Source: an uncultured bacterium (lineage in GTDB: Bacteria; Patescibacteriota; Minisyncoccia; UBA6257; 2-01-FULL-56-20). Taken from it: a stretch of DNA of 64,000 nucleotides. The position numbers and the translations under genes are program-made. Shown here one piece after another: positions 10,013 to 19,609 of the stretch. Location: positions 720,619-784,618 of the forward strand of contig CAVOJZ010000002.1 of NCBI GenBank assembly GCA_963696395.1, in the 5' to 3' direction. Numbering within the stretch: the first letter of the stretch is position 1; each line of letters starts with the position of its first letter. Below the pieces are notes generated by a model. That model worked only from the letters and a program-made list of their open reading frames with translations. It did not search any database and had not been told where the DNA came from.

Positions 10013-12108
10013 AAAAAACCATTATGATTTTCACTGTCATCCTTATCGTCTTTGCGGGTGCGCTCGCAGAGCGGGCTTTTGCAGGCGTTGGCGTTCCCAG
10101 GATCATCAGTTATCAGGGCCGACTCCTGGATTCAAGCGGAAACCTCTTGGGCGGGAGCGGCGCGGCTTATTGTTTTCGTTTTTCGCTTTTTAACGCTTCA
10201 TCCGGGGGTTCGCAGGTCTGGCCCGCGGCCACGGCATCTATCATGACGGCGACTGTGGCAAACGGGGTCTTTAATATCGGCATCGGGGACACAAGCGCCG
10301 GAGGGGACGCATTAACCTACGACTTCCAAAGCAACGACACGATTTATCTCAACGTTCAGGTCGCAACAAAAGTTGATCCGGTGTGTACGGGCGGCAGTGA
10401 AGTCTTCGAGACCCTCTCGCCGCGTGAGCGGGTGGTTGCCGCAGGATACGCAATCAATGCGGCAGCAGTCGATGGGTTCAATGCGGGAACTAATGCTTCC
10501 GGAACTATGATCCCGGTGATTTCATCTGATACGCTGACGCTCGCAGGAGTTAATCCTCAGATCAATGTGACCTCAACGAACACGCTGACGCTCCAAGGGG
10601 GAGCCGGCACCGGCAACATTCAATTTTTTTCGGCGACCAACTTTATTAACAATGCCGGCGCGCTAACGGTGGCGAGCACGGTGACGGGCAGTATGCTTCA
10701 GGCGACGGCGACTTCAAGCCAGTTTGTTTTTCAAGGTATCGCGGCAAGCGGAACCTTGAGCTGGACGCCGACGGTGAAAGGGACGCTCACGATACCGAAT
10801 TTCGCAACTTCAACCGACACGATTGCGCTTGTAAATTTTGCGCAGACATTGAATAACAAAACGCTTGCTTCGCCGATATTAAATTCATCAACGGAAAACA
10901 ATCCGACCCTGGTTTCGGCGACGGCGATTCTTGGCATGACGGTTTTGCAGAATGCGGCTGGCACGGGGCTCACATTGATGCAAAACGCCACGGGAACTGC
11001 GCTCGCGATCACAAACGCGCCGACGTCAACCCAGGTTTCGAGCACGGTCTCGATCACGAACGGTGTGAATGTCACGGGCGCAGCGCTTCTCGTTGCCAAT
11101 TTTGGATCGGGCAACGCCTTGCAGGTAAACGATGCATCATCAACAGTGTTTACAATCGATCAAAACGGCAACCTAAGATTTAATCCTTCAATCGATACAA
11201 GTACGGCTTTTGCAATTCAGAACGCGAGTCAAACCATAACCTTGCTTGCTGCCGATACGCTGAATAATGACATTAAAATCGGTCGGAACGGCGCAGCCGG
11301 AGCAATTCCGACGCTTTTGCGCTTGGACGAAAAAGCCGACGCCGGTGACCCTACCGGTTTCCCGGGGGCGATGTACTACAACTCAAGTACGGCAGAATTC
11401 AGGTGCTATCAGGGGACAGCTTGGTATAACTGCGTCCCGACAAACATGCAGTGGCAACCGGCATATTCGACGGCGCGCATTGGCTACTGGTCGACCTCAG
11501 GTGAAGCGGTGACGACGATGTCGAGTACCAATCTTATTGCGCCGACTATTACTGGCACTGCTGCGGCAAGCGCGCAGGCGGAAGATTACTATGTTCAATG
11601 GACGAGCGCCGCAACGAACGGGTCTGTCGGAGGATTAACACAGACGTTTACGCAGACGCAACCCCGCTATTTGCCGCGGCTTGCGACGAGAATTAGAACC
11701 GACACGGCGATTACGAGCCGGCGCATCTGGATTGCATTGAGCTCCGCGGCGCTGACGGGTTCTGATGGCACAGGCACACTCGCCACCGCCTATTTCGGAC
11801 TCCGCTATTCCACGAACGCAGGCGACACGACCTGGCAATGCGCGTCTGGTGACGGTACGACGGGCAGTGTCTTGAACACGGGAGTAACCGTCACAGTGAG
11901 CACGTACTACGACATTATTCTCGACGCATCAACGCTTGGACAGCTCACGTGTTCGATTGCAACAAATGGCGGTAGCTATGTTTCAGTGACGAAATCGACA
12001 AATATTCCGACGAGTACGACGGCGCTTGGCATCACGGACGCCGTGACGACGCTTACTACGACCGCCGACATCCACAGGGTGGCATACGTCTATCTTGAAA
12101 CTCGATGA
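10009..12108 (+). CDS. Secreted fibre/adhesin-like protein with N-terminal 'YQGRL' domain
   Basis: Signal peptide; IISYQGRLLD...NGVFNI.IG...LSPR.RV.A.GYA; Thr-rich beta-type repeats; GAMYYNS...FRCY motif; beta-rich C-terminal domain. Confidence 0.7.
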   Translation: MKKTIMIFTVILIVFAGALAERAFAGVGVPRIISYQGRLLDSSGNLLGGSGAAYCFRFSLFNASSGGSQVWPAATASIMTATVANGVFNIGIGDTSAGGDALTYDFQSNDTIYLNVQVATKVDPVCTGGSEVFETLSPRERVVAAGYAINAAAVDGFNAGTNASGTMIPVISSDTLTLAGVNPQINVTSTNTLTLQGGAGTGNIQFFSATNFINNAGALTVASTVTGSMLQATATSSQFVFQGIAASGTLSWTPTVKGTLTIPNFATSTDTIALVNFAQTLNNKTLASPILNSSTENNPTLVSATAILGMTVLQNAAGTGLTLMQNATGTALAITNAPTSTQVSSTVSITNGVNVTGAALLVANFGSGNALQVNDASSTVFTIDQNGNLRFNPSIDTSTAFAIQNASQTITLLAADTLNNDIKIGRNGAAGAIPTLLRLDEKADAGDPTGFPGAMYYNSSTAEFRCYQGTAWYNCVPTNMQWQPAYSTARIGYWSTSGEAVTTMSSTNLIAPTITGTAAASAQAEDYYVQWTSAATNGSVGGLTQTFTQTQPRYLPRLATRIRTDTAITSRRIWIALSSAALTGSDGTGTLATAYFGLRYSTNAGDTTWQCASGDGTTGSVLNTGVTVTVSTYYDIILDASTLGQLTCSIATNGGSYVSVTKSTNIPTSTTALGITDAVTTLTTTADIHRVAYVYLETR

Positions 12109-13235
12109 AATTACCAATGACCAGCATGAGAGTTAATACATTTCTTCTTGCGGCAACACTTGCCTTCGTTTTTGCGCCTGTGACACGTGCAGCGACGAGT
12201 GCCGTGAATTTTAACGCGGACACCGGCATGCTTTCCGTAACCGGAAGTTGTTCTGGCCGCTACGTTCTCGTGGTCATCAAAAATACTTCAAGCGGAGCTA
12301 TCTGGGGGAGCAGCAACCCGCCGTGTGCGAGCAGCACCTACAACTACACCATGGCAGTTCCGGATGACATCCGCACGGGCGGTGCGTATTCCATAAGCGC
12401 GTTCGATAACGGCGTGTCGAGTTCTTTGGGCAACGGTCCGAGTCAACCCGTTATTCTCGTGCCGTCGCCAAGCATAGGCCAGACCGCACCCGCGGTCATC
12501 GGCAGCTCTTCGATCACGCTCGATACGTCATCGCTTGCGGTTGCACCCGACGATATTTCTTTTGTGGACAGCGTACTGCAAAGCGTCTTCGGCATTGCAA
12601 CGTCGGTGGTTGATACGGTTGAATCCACGGTCGTAGCCGCGGTCCAGGTGTTTGCGAAAATGTTCACCGTTCTGCCCGGGGGATCGATCCGGGTTCCGGA
12701 GGGCCAAAACCAGATTTCAGGACAGGGCATACTCGCGGCCGGTGACTCGGATGTCTTCATTGCGAACACCTCCGTGACATCGTCCTCTGAAATCATCATC
12801 ACCCCGACATCCCCGACGGCAGTTCCGCTCGCCGTCGCACAGATTGTAGATGGCAACGGTTTCCATGTTGACGCGATAAGCCCGCAGCAGATCTCCGTGT
12901 CCTTCTCGTGGCTTATCGTTGGCACGTATGCCACCGGCGCTTCGAGCTCCGTGCAAGCGCAGATGCCGCTTCCGCAGTTGTCCGGCGCGCAAACGATTTC
13001 CCCGGTTATCGGCGCTGTTTCGTCCTCAGATTCCGCTCCGAGCGGAACAGCCAACACGAGCGGAACGGATCTCTCGGGTAGCGCGGATAATTCACCCTCG
13101 GCTTCTATGGGTATCGCAAGCACGACCGATGCAAGTGACACCGTGAATGCCGCAACGACCACCGTATCGAGCGACGATACAACTACAACTACAACTGATG
13201 AAACTTCCACCGATGCAAGTGACACCCCGCAATGA
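12105..13235 (+). CDS. Secreted Ser/Thr-rich hypothetical protein
   Basis: Signal peptide; domain G.G.L.AG...V.I....V...S.I.ITP...SFSWLIV; acidic Thr-rich tail; ATGA overlap with the upstream gene. Confidence 0.7.
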   Translation: MKLPMTSMRVNTFLLAATLAFVFAPVTRAATSAVNFNADTGMLSVTGSCSGRYVLVVIKNTSSGAIWGSSNPPCASSTYNYTMAVPDDIRTGGAYSISAFDNGVSSSLGNGPSQPVILVPSPSIGQTAPAVIGSSSITLDTSSLAVAPDDISFVDSVLQSVFGIATSVVDTVESTVVAAVQVFAKMFTVLPGGSIRVPEGQNQISGQGILAAGDSDVFIANTSVTSSSEIIITPTSPTAVPLAVAQIVDGNGFHVDAISPQQISVSFSWLIVGTYATGASSSVQAQMPLPQLSGAQTISPVIGAVSSSDSAPSGTANTSGTDLSGSADNSPSASMGIASTTDASDTVNAATTTVSSDDTTTTTTDETSTDASDTPQ

Positions 13236-13262
13236 AAAGGTCGCGAATAATAAATTACTGAC

Positions 13263-13691
13263 ATGCGCGAAACAATTAATTTAGCGGAACAGCACGACGT
13301 ACCACGGCCCCGTCGGGGGAGAATGCTTATCACGGTGATCGTTGTCGTTGCGGTTGTTCTACTTGGATGGTGGTACGTGAATGGCGCAACGCAATGGAAA
13401 GCGGTTTTTCTTACGAACAACCAGGTATACTTTGGACATTTTTGGGATGTTCCGTTTGCCGGGACGATTACCCTCAGGAACGTGTACTATCTCCAATTTT
13501 CAACACCGGGTCAACAACTCGACACTCAGGATCAATCGCAGCTGAAGCTGGTGAAACTTGGAAGTGAGATCCACGGTCCGACCGATGAGATGGTGATCCC
13601 TATATCGCAGGTGCTTTTCTGGGAGACACTCCGCTCCGATAGTGCGATCGTAACGACCATCAAGAATGGGCAGACTCAAACCACTCCATAA
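13263..13691 (+). CDS. Single-TM hypothetical protein (WKAVFLTNNQVYFG motif)
   Basis: One TM followed by a compact beta-rich domain; lies within the operon. Confidence 0.75.
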   Translation: MRETINLAEQHDVPRPRRGRMLITVIVVVAVVLLGWWYVNGATQWKAVFLTNNQVYFGHFWDVPFAGTITLRNVYYLQFSTPGQQLDTQDQSQLKLVKLGSEIHGPTDEMVIPISQVLFWETLRSDSAIVTTIKNGQTQTTP

Positions 13692-15015
13692 ATTAATCAT
13701 CGCGGTGCTTTCGGGGGCGTTGGTTGCGGCGCTCGCAATGCCATTGGTTCGCACATTTGCCGATACGGCTTCGAGCACCGATTTTATGATTCAGGATGGG
13801 TTTGTTGGATTTTTTGGCGGCTATGCCTCATCAACCGATTTTCAGGTTGTGAGCGGCGGTGCGCCGATCATCAATTCGAATGCAACCAGCTCGGATTTTA
13901 ATTCGAATACCGGACCTGTGAATTACGGCGATTTTTCCCCGGTATCGCAAACGTGGCGGTGGTACGGCGATCCGAACGATGAAACGCCGACCAGTTCGCT
14001 TGCCGCAGAAAATACGGCGCCGTCGAATATTGCAAACGCCCAAATAATCAAACTACGGCTCAACATAAAGGAAACAAGCGGGATCATGGGAAGCGACAAT
14101 CTCAAGTTCCGGTTGGAGTACGCCGAGTCGTCAGATTTTACGGTCGCGCCCGGTTTTGTCGCCGAGGCGACGGGTTGCGGCGCTACGTCAACCTGGTGCT
14201 ATGCCACGAGCACCGGCGGCAATGATAATCAGATTATCTCGACCGCAATTCTTTCAACAAGCAACCCGTGCAGCGGAGGTGTCGGCAATGGTTGCGGCAC
14301 CCACAACACTTCGGGCATAAGTTCGGCAACGTCAACGCAGAACGCCGGCGCGACAACGGAATATGAATTTACCATCGTCGCATCGGGCGCCGGCAGCGGC
14401 AACACGTATTTCTTCCGTCCGATAAATACCGCAGACGGAAGCGTTGTTCCGCTCGGGGCCACATCGAGTTATCCAAGCCTTGTGACGCAGGGAGCAACAC
14501 TTACCTTTAGCGTGAGCGGTTTGCCACAAAGCACGAGTACGAACGGCGTCACGACAAATGTTTCAACGACGGCAACGGGGATACCATTCGGCACGCTTGC
14601 GCTTGGCACGAGCACGATCGGAGCGCAACGGTTGTACGTTTCAACCAACGCGGCGAACGGATATGAATTGTATACCGAGCAGGATCAACCGCTCATGGAC
14701 TCGCGCGGCGACCTCGTCCCCGGAGTTTTAGGGACCAACGCCAGTCCGCTTCCGTGGGCAAACGCCTGCGCCGCAACTTCGACGGGATGTTATGGCTATC
14801 ACGCCGGCAGTTCGGTGCTTTCAGGCGGTTCAACGCGGTTCGCCGCCGCCGACAGTTACGCCGCGCTCACCTCGACGATCGCCGAAGTCGGCTATAGCGG
14901 ATTTCCTATAACGAGCAGCACGATGGACATGGTCTACCGTGTCCAGGTCGCGGGAACTCAAGTGACCGGAGCGTATCAGGACAATCTCATGTATGTCGTC
15001 GCACCATCATACTGA
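13666..15015 (+). CDS. Secreted protein with C-terminal WxL/fimbrial-like domain (putative minor subunit)
   Basis: Signal peptide; C-terminal LTFSV...IPFGTL...VSTNAANGY...GAYQDNLMYVVAPSY parallels the 17150 and 18417 proteins. Confidence 0.72.
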   Translation: MGRLKPLHKLIIAVLSGALVAALAMPLVRTFADTASSTDFMIQDGFVGFFGGYASSTDFQVVSGGAPIINSNATSSDFNSNTGPVNYGDFSPVSQTWRWYGDPNDETPTSSLAAENTAPSNIANAQIIKLRLNIKETSGIMGSDNLKFRLEYAESSDFTVAPGFVAEATGCGATSTWCYATSTGGNDNQIISTAILSTSNPCSGGVGNGCGTHNTSGISSATSTQNAGATTEYEFTIVASGAGSGNTYFFRPINTADGSVVPLGATSSYPSLVTQGATLTFSVSGLPQSTSTNGVTTNVSTTATGIPFGTLALGTSTIGAQRLYVSTNAANGYELYTEQDQPLMDSRGDLVPGVLGTNASPLPWANACAATSTGCYGYHAGSSVLSGGSTRFAAADSYAALTSTIAEVGYSGFPITSSTMDMVYRVQVAGTQVTGAYQDNLMYVVAPSY

Positions 15016-16007
15016 TGAATAAAAGATTTTTTCATACTATAGCGTTCGTGATGGTTGCGATCGGCCTTGTCGTCCGCGGATTTTTTATGTCCGAGGCGTT
15101 TGCCGCGGATCTCGTGGTCTCGCCGGCGGTGATAGACGGGAACGGCGTGCCCAACGACATTTTGAATTACACCGTTACGGTTGTTAACACAACAGGACAA
15201 CAGCAAAATGTATTTGCCTCGGTCTATGAACTCACGCCAAGCGGAACGCAGCCATTTACCGACCCTTCCGATTCAAATCGGCCGGCGTTGCTCTCCGATT
15301 GGATCAGCGTCACGCGCGGCGCGTTGTTGTTTGCTCCGCACGAGTCAAAGACATTGCCGGTTACCGTACAAATCAATCCATATGCGCTCGCGGGGGATTA
15401 CCACGCCGTCATTGCCTTCGTTGAGGGGGGCACCCGTGATGATGCCGAAACGCATCTTGTTGGTGCGCCGCAAGCCATCGTCAACATGTCCGTTGCATCA
15501 AATCTGGTGGCGAGCCTGAAGATCGACGCATTCGCTACAGCAAAAGGATTTTATTCCGGATTTCCGGTGGACTTTAATTACACAATCGAAAATTCCGGCG
15601 ATGTCGCCGCAACGCCATCGGGCCAGATCATGCTCTACGACCGTCTGGGGCACGAAATCGGTTCTCTTGACGCGAATCCGAACGGGATAAGCATTGCCCC
15701 GGGAGAAAAAAAATCGTTTAGCGCGACATGGTCGAGCGGCAGCGGACTTGGACAATATAAAGCGGTCCTTGATATTTCATACGGAGCGGACAATGATAGA
15801 CTTGAAAACACGGCGATCGTCTGGGTTTTGCCGTGGAAAAAACTCGCGATTATATTCGGCTCGCTCTTCGTTGTTATGATTATTACGGCCCTATGGTTGC
15901 ACCATGAATATGCGAAGCGCCATCATCGCCGCCGCCGCGCGCTCGAAGCCTTGTTAAAAAGGAAAACCATGGAGCCAATTCTCGACCTTCGCCATCCCCA
16001 TGAATAA
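15015..16007 (+). CDS. DUF916-like (WxL-interacting/chaperone-like) membrane-anchored protein 1
   Basis: VSP...VVN...WI...GDYHA; second Ig-like domain ENSGD...PSG.I...GQYKA...WVLPW; C-terminal TM and basic tail. Confidence 0.7.
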   Translation: MNKRFFHTIAFVMVAIGLVVRGFFMSEAFAADLVVSPAVIDGNGVPNDILNYTVTVVNTTGQQQNVFASVYELTPSGTQPFTDPSDSNRPALLSDWISVTRGALLFAPHESKTLPVTVQINPYALAGDYHAVIAFVEGGTRDDAETHLVGAPQAIVNMSVASNLVASLKIDAFATAKGFYSGFPVDFNYTIENSGDVAATPSGQIMLYDRLGHEIGSLDANPNGISIAPGEKKSFSATWSSGSGLGQYKAVLDISYGADNDRLENTAIVWVLPWKKLAIIFGSLFVVMIITALWLHHEYAKRHHRRRRALEALLKRKTMEPILDLRHPHE

Positions 16008-17073
16008 AAAAGTTGCCATCATCTCTCTTGTCTTTGTCTGCTCAGCGCTGCTTTTGCCTGCGGTGTCGTTTGCGCAATCCGCGGATTCAACTTCACTCAC
16101 CATCACGCCGCCGTTTTTCGAATTGAATGTGAGCCCCGGTGATTCGTGGTCGAGTTCGATCAGAGTGGTAAATACCAACGCAACCGATATTCAGGTTCAC
16201 GCGATCGTCATGGGCTTCGCTGCATCCGATGCCGAAGGGCACGGAAACTTTATCCCATTGTCCAATTTGTCGGGGGATAGCGATGCGCTCGCGAACTGGG
16301 TCACCGTTTCACCCTCCCCGATCACTGTGCCCCGGGGTGGTGCAACGGACGTCCCGTTTTCGATTTCGGTTCCATCGGACGCGTCACCCGGAGGCCATTA
16401 TGGCGCGATACTTATCGGAACGGGGGCGCCGACGGTTGCTTCGGGGACGTCGCAGGTCGGCGTGAGCAGCTATATTTCTGCACTGATTTTCGTGAGCGTC
16501 GCGGGCAATATAGTTAATTCGGCGCAAATCACTCAATTTTCAACAGACAAGGGTGCTTATCAGGCGCCGGATGTTCATTTCGCGGTCCGTGTACAAAATG
16601 ACGGCAATGTTCATGTGCGACCGGTTGGGTTCATTCAAATATACAACGCGTTCGGCAAGAAACGAGGTGAAATTCCTATAAATCAGTCGGGTAGTCTCGG
16701 ATATATCCTGCCGTCGAGCACCCGTGAATTCGATGTTGAATGGCAGGGAACGCCGAGTTTGCTTGATATCGGACCTTATACTGCCGTCGTGAGCCTTGCC
16801 TATGGGGAAAACGGCATCGACAGTATCTCGGAAACCGTTGGATTTTGGATTGTGCCAATTTGGCAGATTTTGGAGGTTCTTTTTGTGGCTTTGATCATCT
16901 CACTACTCTTTATATTTATCGTTCGTCGCTCCGTCCGGAAAATGCTTGCAAATGAGATGTCGCGATACGGCGAAATTCCGCCGTCGCAGCCAGAGCAAAA
17001 GAAAGCTTCCGAAAAAAAGAATAATTTATCATCCGGCGGGCACGACTCCGGAACTATCGACTTGAGAAGATAG
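16000..17073 (+). CDS. DUF916-like membrane-anchored protein 2
   Basis: ITPP...WV...VPSDASPGGHYGAI; NDGNVHVRPVG; GPYTA; FWIVP; C-terminal TM. Confidence 0.75.
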   Translation: MNKKVAIISLVFVCSALLLPAVSFAQSADSTSLTITPPFFELNVSPGDSWSSSIRVVNTNATDIQVHAIVMGFAASDAEGHGNFIPLSNLSGDSDALANWVTVSPSPITVPRGGATDVPFSISVPSDASPGGHYGAILIGTGAPTVASGTSQVGVSSYISALIFVSVAGNIVNSAQITQFSTDKGAYQAPDVHFAVRVQNDGNVHVRPVGFIQIYNAFGKKRGEIPINQSGSLGYILPSSTREFDVEWQGTPSLLDIGPYTAVVSLAYGENGIDSISETVGFWIVPIWQILEVLFVALIISLLFIFIVRRSVRKMLANEMSRYGEIPPSQPEQKKASEKKNNLSSGGHDSGTIDLRR

Positions 17074-17149
17074 GGAGCGATAGGCGATTGTGTATAACTT
17101 GCCGGCATTTTCGCGTTATAATACCTTCAAGAGCGAAATTTTTCTTTGC

Positions 17150-18286
17150 ATGCGGATTAATCGATCAACTTTAAGAAAAGACTTGTCTGTTTCGGCGGCG
17201 CTCGGTCTTTTTATCAGCATCACCTTGTGGACTGCCGGTTTTCAATATTTACCGATTGTTCATGCGGCGAGCCTTACTTCGGTGAAAGATACAATGAGCG
17301 ACTCCCGCCCCGGATATCCGGCTAACCACACGATCGTCTTCACGAATCCGTCTTCAACAGCAGCCGGACTCACCATTTCATACACCTTCGACCCCAATAC
17401 CAGCGCATTCGGCAGTGTCACTTCAACGAGTATTGCGAACGTTACTTCCACCGGTATGACCATCGTCTCCACCTGTTCGGCCGGCACCAACAACGTGAGT
17501 ATGGCAACAACCTCATATAACGTGCTCACCTTCACGGTCTGCGCGAGTAATACGGTTGCATCCGGAACGGTGACTCTGAAGATTCTCGGCAACACCATCA
17601 CGAACCCCACGAGCACCGGATCCTACATCATCCGCATCGGCGGCACCCAGCCGAGCTCGGCTGATACGCGTGTTGCCATTGTGAACGGCGTCAATGTGAC
17701 GGCCGCGGTTGCAACCACCTTCACTTTCACGGTTTCTCCGCTTGCGACATCAACCACACTCCTGAATAATGCGACGACGACGGGTAATGACACATCAACC
17801 ACTCTGCCGTTCGGAACCATCAGCCCGAATACCCACAACGAACTCGGTCAACAGCTCAACGTCACAACGAATGCTTCAAACGGGTTCGCGGTTACCATGC
17901 ATGAAGACCAGGACATGACAAGCAACAAGGGGAATGTCATCCACGTCTTCTCAAACGGAAACGCAACTTCAACGCCGAGCCCGTGGACTTCACCGCAGAA
18001 CATCATTAACCAGTCATGGACCTACGGTCATGTCGGTATCACGAGCGACGACGTGAGCAGCAGCATCGTCGGAGGACCGAATTTCGGAACCAGCACCCCG
18101 CTCTACGCAGGAAGTTTCAATCCGACATCAACGCTCACGGTATTCCTCTGGAATGGCCCGGCCGATGGCGTCACCCAGAATGTGGGAGCCGCGAAAGTTG
18201 CGGTGCGTATCGAAATCAGCCCTCTGCAGGCAGCCGCAAACGACTACACGAACAACCTAATCTACGTAGCGACGCCGGTGTTCTAA
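17150..18286 (+). CDS. Secreted Thr-rich WxL/fimbrial-like protein, copy 1 (putative major subunit)
   Basis: 378 aa from ATG 17150 (TATAAT at 17117-17122); signal peptide ending VHA; ends DYTNNLIYVATPVF. Confidence 0.8.
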   Translation: MRINRSTLRKDLSVSAALGLFISITLWTAGFQYLPIVHAASLTSVKDTMSDSRPGYPANHTIVFTNPSSTAAGLTISYTFDPNTSAFGSVTSTSIANVTSTGMTIVSTCSAGTNNVSMATTSYNVLTFTVCASNTVASGTVTLKILGNTITNPTSTGSYIIRIGGTQPSSADTRVAIVNGVNVTAAVATTFTFTVSPLATSTTLLNNATTTGNDTSTTLPFGTISPNTHNELGQQLNVTTNASNGFAVTMHEDQDMTSNKGNVIHVFSNGNATSTPSPWTSPQNIINQSWTYGHVGITSDDVSSSIVGGPNFGTSTPLYAGSFNPTSTLTVFLWNGPADGVTQNVGAAKVAVRIEISPLQAAANDYTNNLIYVATPVF

Positions 18287-18320
18287 GGATTAGGGGGTGT
18301 TGACAACAATGGAAATAGGT

Positions 18321-18395
18321 TGTGGATAACTACCCTTGAAATGTTGACAACTTGTTATGATACAATTATTACAAATGGAAATCGGGTCGATTTCC
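18321..18395 (+). promoter_or_regulatory. Promoter region of copy 2: TGTGGATAA (18321-18329), extended -10 TGaTACAAT (18358-18366), 5' hairpin (18377-18395)
   Basis: Motifs read directly; ggaaatcg-ggt-cgatttcc is a perfect 8-bp stem followed by an A-rich leader. Confidence 0.55.
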
Positions 18396-18416
18396 TACAT
18401 AAAATAAAATAAAAAT

Positions 18417-19553
18417 ATGTTAGCCAACTCGCGGAAACTCAGAAAAGACTTAACGGTCGCAATCACCTTCGGACTTCTCATCAGCCTTATCACGTGGTCG
18501 GTTGGTTTTCGATATCTCCAAACTGTGCATGCGGCCAGTTTGACGTCGGTTAGCGACACTTTGAGCGACTCCCGCCCCGGATATCCGGCTAACCACACGA
18601 TCGTCTTCACGAATCCGTCTTCAACAGCAGCCGGACTCACCATTTCATACACCTTCGACCCCAATACCAGCGCATTCGGCAGTGTCACTTCAACGAGCAT
18701 CGCGAACGTTACTTCCACCGGTATGACCATCGTCTCCACCTGTTCGGCCGGCACCAACAATGTGAGTATGGCAACAACCTCGTATAACACGCTCACCTTC
18801 ACGGTCTGCGCGAGTAATACGGTTGCATCCGGAACGGTGACTCTGAAGATTCTCGGCAATACCATCACAAACCCCACGAGCACCGGATCCTACATCATCC
18901 GCATCGGCGGCACCCAGCCGAGCTCGGCCGATACACGTGTTGCCATTGTGAACGGCGTCAATGTGACGGCCGCGGTCGCAACCACCTTCACTTTCACGGT
19001 TTCTCCGCTTGCGACATCAACCACGCTCCTGAATAATGCGACGACGACGGGTAATGATACCTCAACCACCCTGCCGTTCGGAACCATCAGTCCGAATACC
19101 CACAACGAACTCGGTCAACAGCTCAACGTCACAACGAATGCCTCAAACGGGTTCGCGGTTACCATGCATGAAGACCAGGATATGACGAGCAACAAGGGGA
19201 ATATCATCCACGTCTTCTCGAACGGAAACGCAACTTCAACGCCGAGCCCGTGGACTTCACCGCAAAATATTATCAACCAGCCATGGACCTACGGCCACGT
19301 CGGTATCACGAGCGATGACGTGAGCAGTACTTTGGTGGGTGGACCAAACTTCGGAACCAGCACCCCGCTCTACGCAGGAAGTTTCAATCCGACATCAACG
19401 CTCACGGTATTCCTCTGGAATGGCCCGGCCGATGGCGTCACCCAGAATGTGGGAGCCGCGAAAGTTGCGGTGCGTATCGAAATCAGCCCTCTGCAGGCAG
19501 CCGCAAACGACTACACGAACAACCTAATCTACGTAGCGACGCCGGTGTTCTAA
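18417..19553 (+). CDS. Secreted Thr-rich WxL/fimbrial-like protein, copy 2
   Basis: 378 aa; mature part nearly identical to copy 1, signal peptide diverged. Confidence 0.85.
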   Translation: MLANSRKLRKDLTVAITFGLLISLITWSVGFRYLQTVHAASLTSVSDTLSDSRPGYPANHTIVFTNPSSTAAGLTISYTFDPNTSAFGSVTSTSIANVTSTGMTIVSTCSAGTNNVSMATTSYNTLTFTVCASNTVASGTVTLKILGNTITNPTSTGSYIIRIGGTQPSSADTRVAIVNGVNVTAAVATTFTFTVSPLATSTTLLNNATTTGNDTSTTLPFGTISPNTHNELGQQLNVTTNASNGFAVTMHEDQDMTSNKGNIIHVFSNGNATSTPSPWTSPQNIINQPWTYGHVGITSDDVSSTLVGGPNFGTSTPLYAGSFNPTSTLTVFLWNGPADGVTQNVGAAKVAVRIEISPLQAAANDYTNNLIYVATPVF

Positions 19554-19609
19554 GGAAAAGAGGGTCTTGCAGGCGGGTTCATATATGCTAGACTCAATTC
19601 ATAACCACG

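Larger units (their letters stand above)
17295..19556 (+). repeat. Tandem direct repeat of about 995 bp (17295-18289 and 18562-19556), offset 1267 bp
   Basis: Colinear with no indels; roughly 96% identical by manual comparison. Confidence 0.92.

Noticed and set aside
12443-13420. 325-aa minus-strand ORF and the many other overlapping antisense ORFs
   Set aside because: Shadows of Thr/Ser/Ala-rich plus-strand genes; no motifs or independent expression signals.
18298-18350. Replication origin
   Set aside because: Only one perfect and two degenerate DnaA boxes in a 130-bp gap, with no dnaA/dnaN context; better read as a promoter.
17295-19556. Twin genes as the TR/VR pair of a diversity-generating retroelement
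   Set aside because: Differences are mostly synonymous C/T changes and not adenine-specific, both copies are full ORFs, and no reverse transcriptase is in the window.
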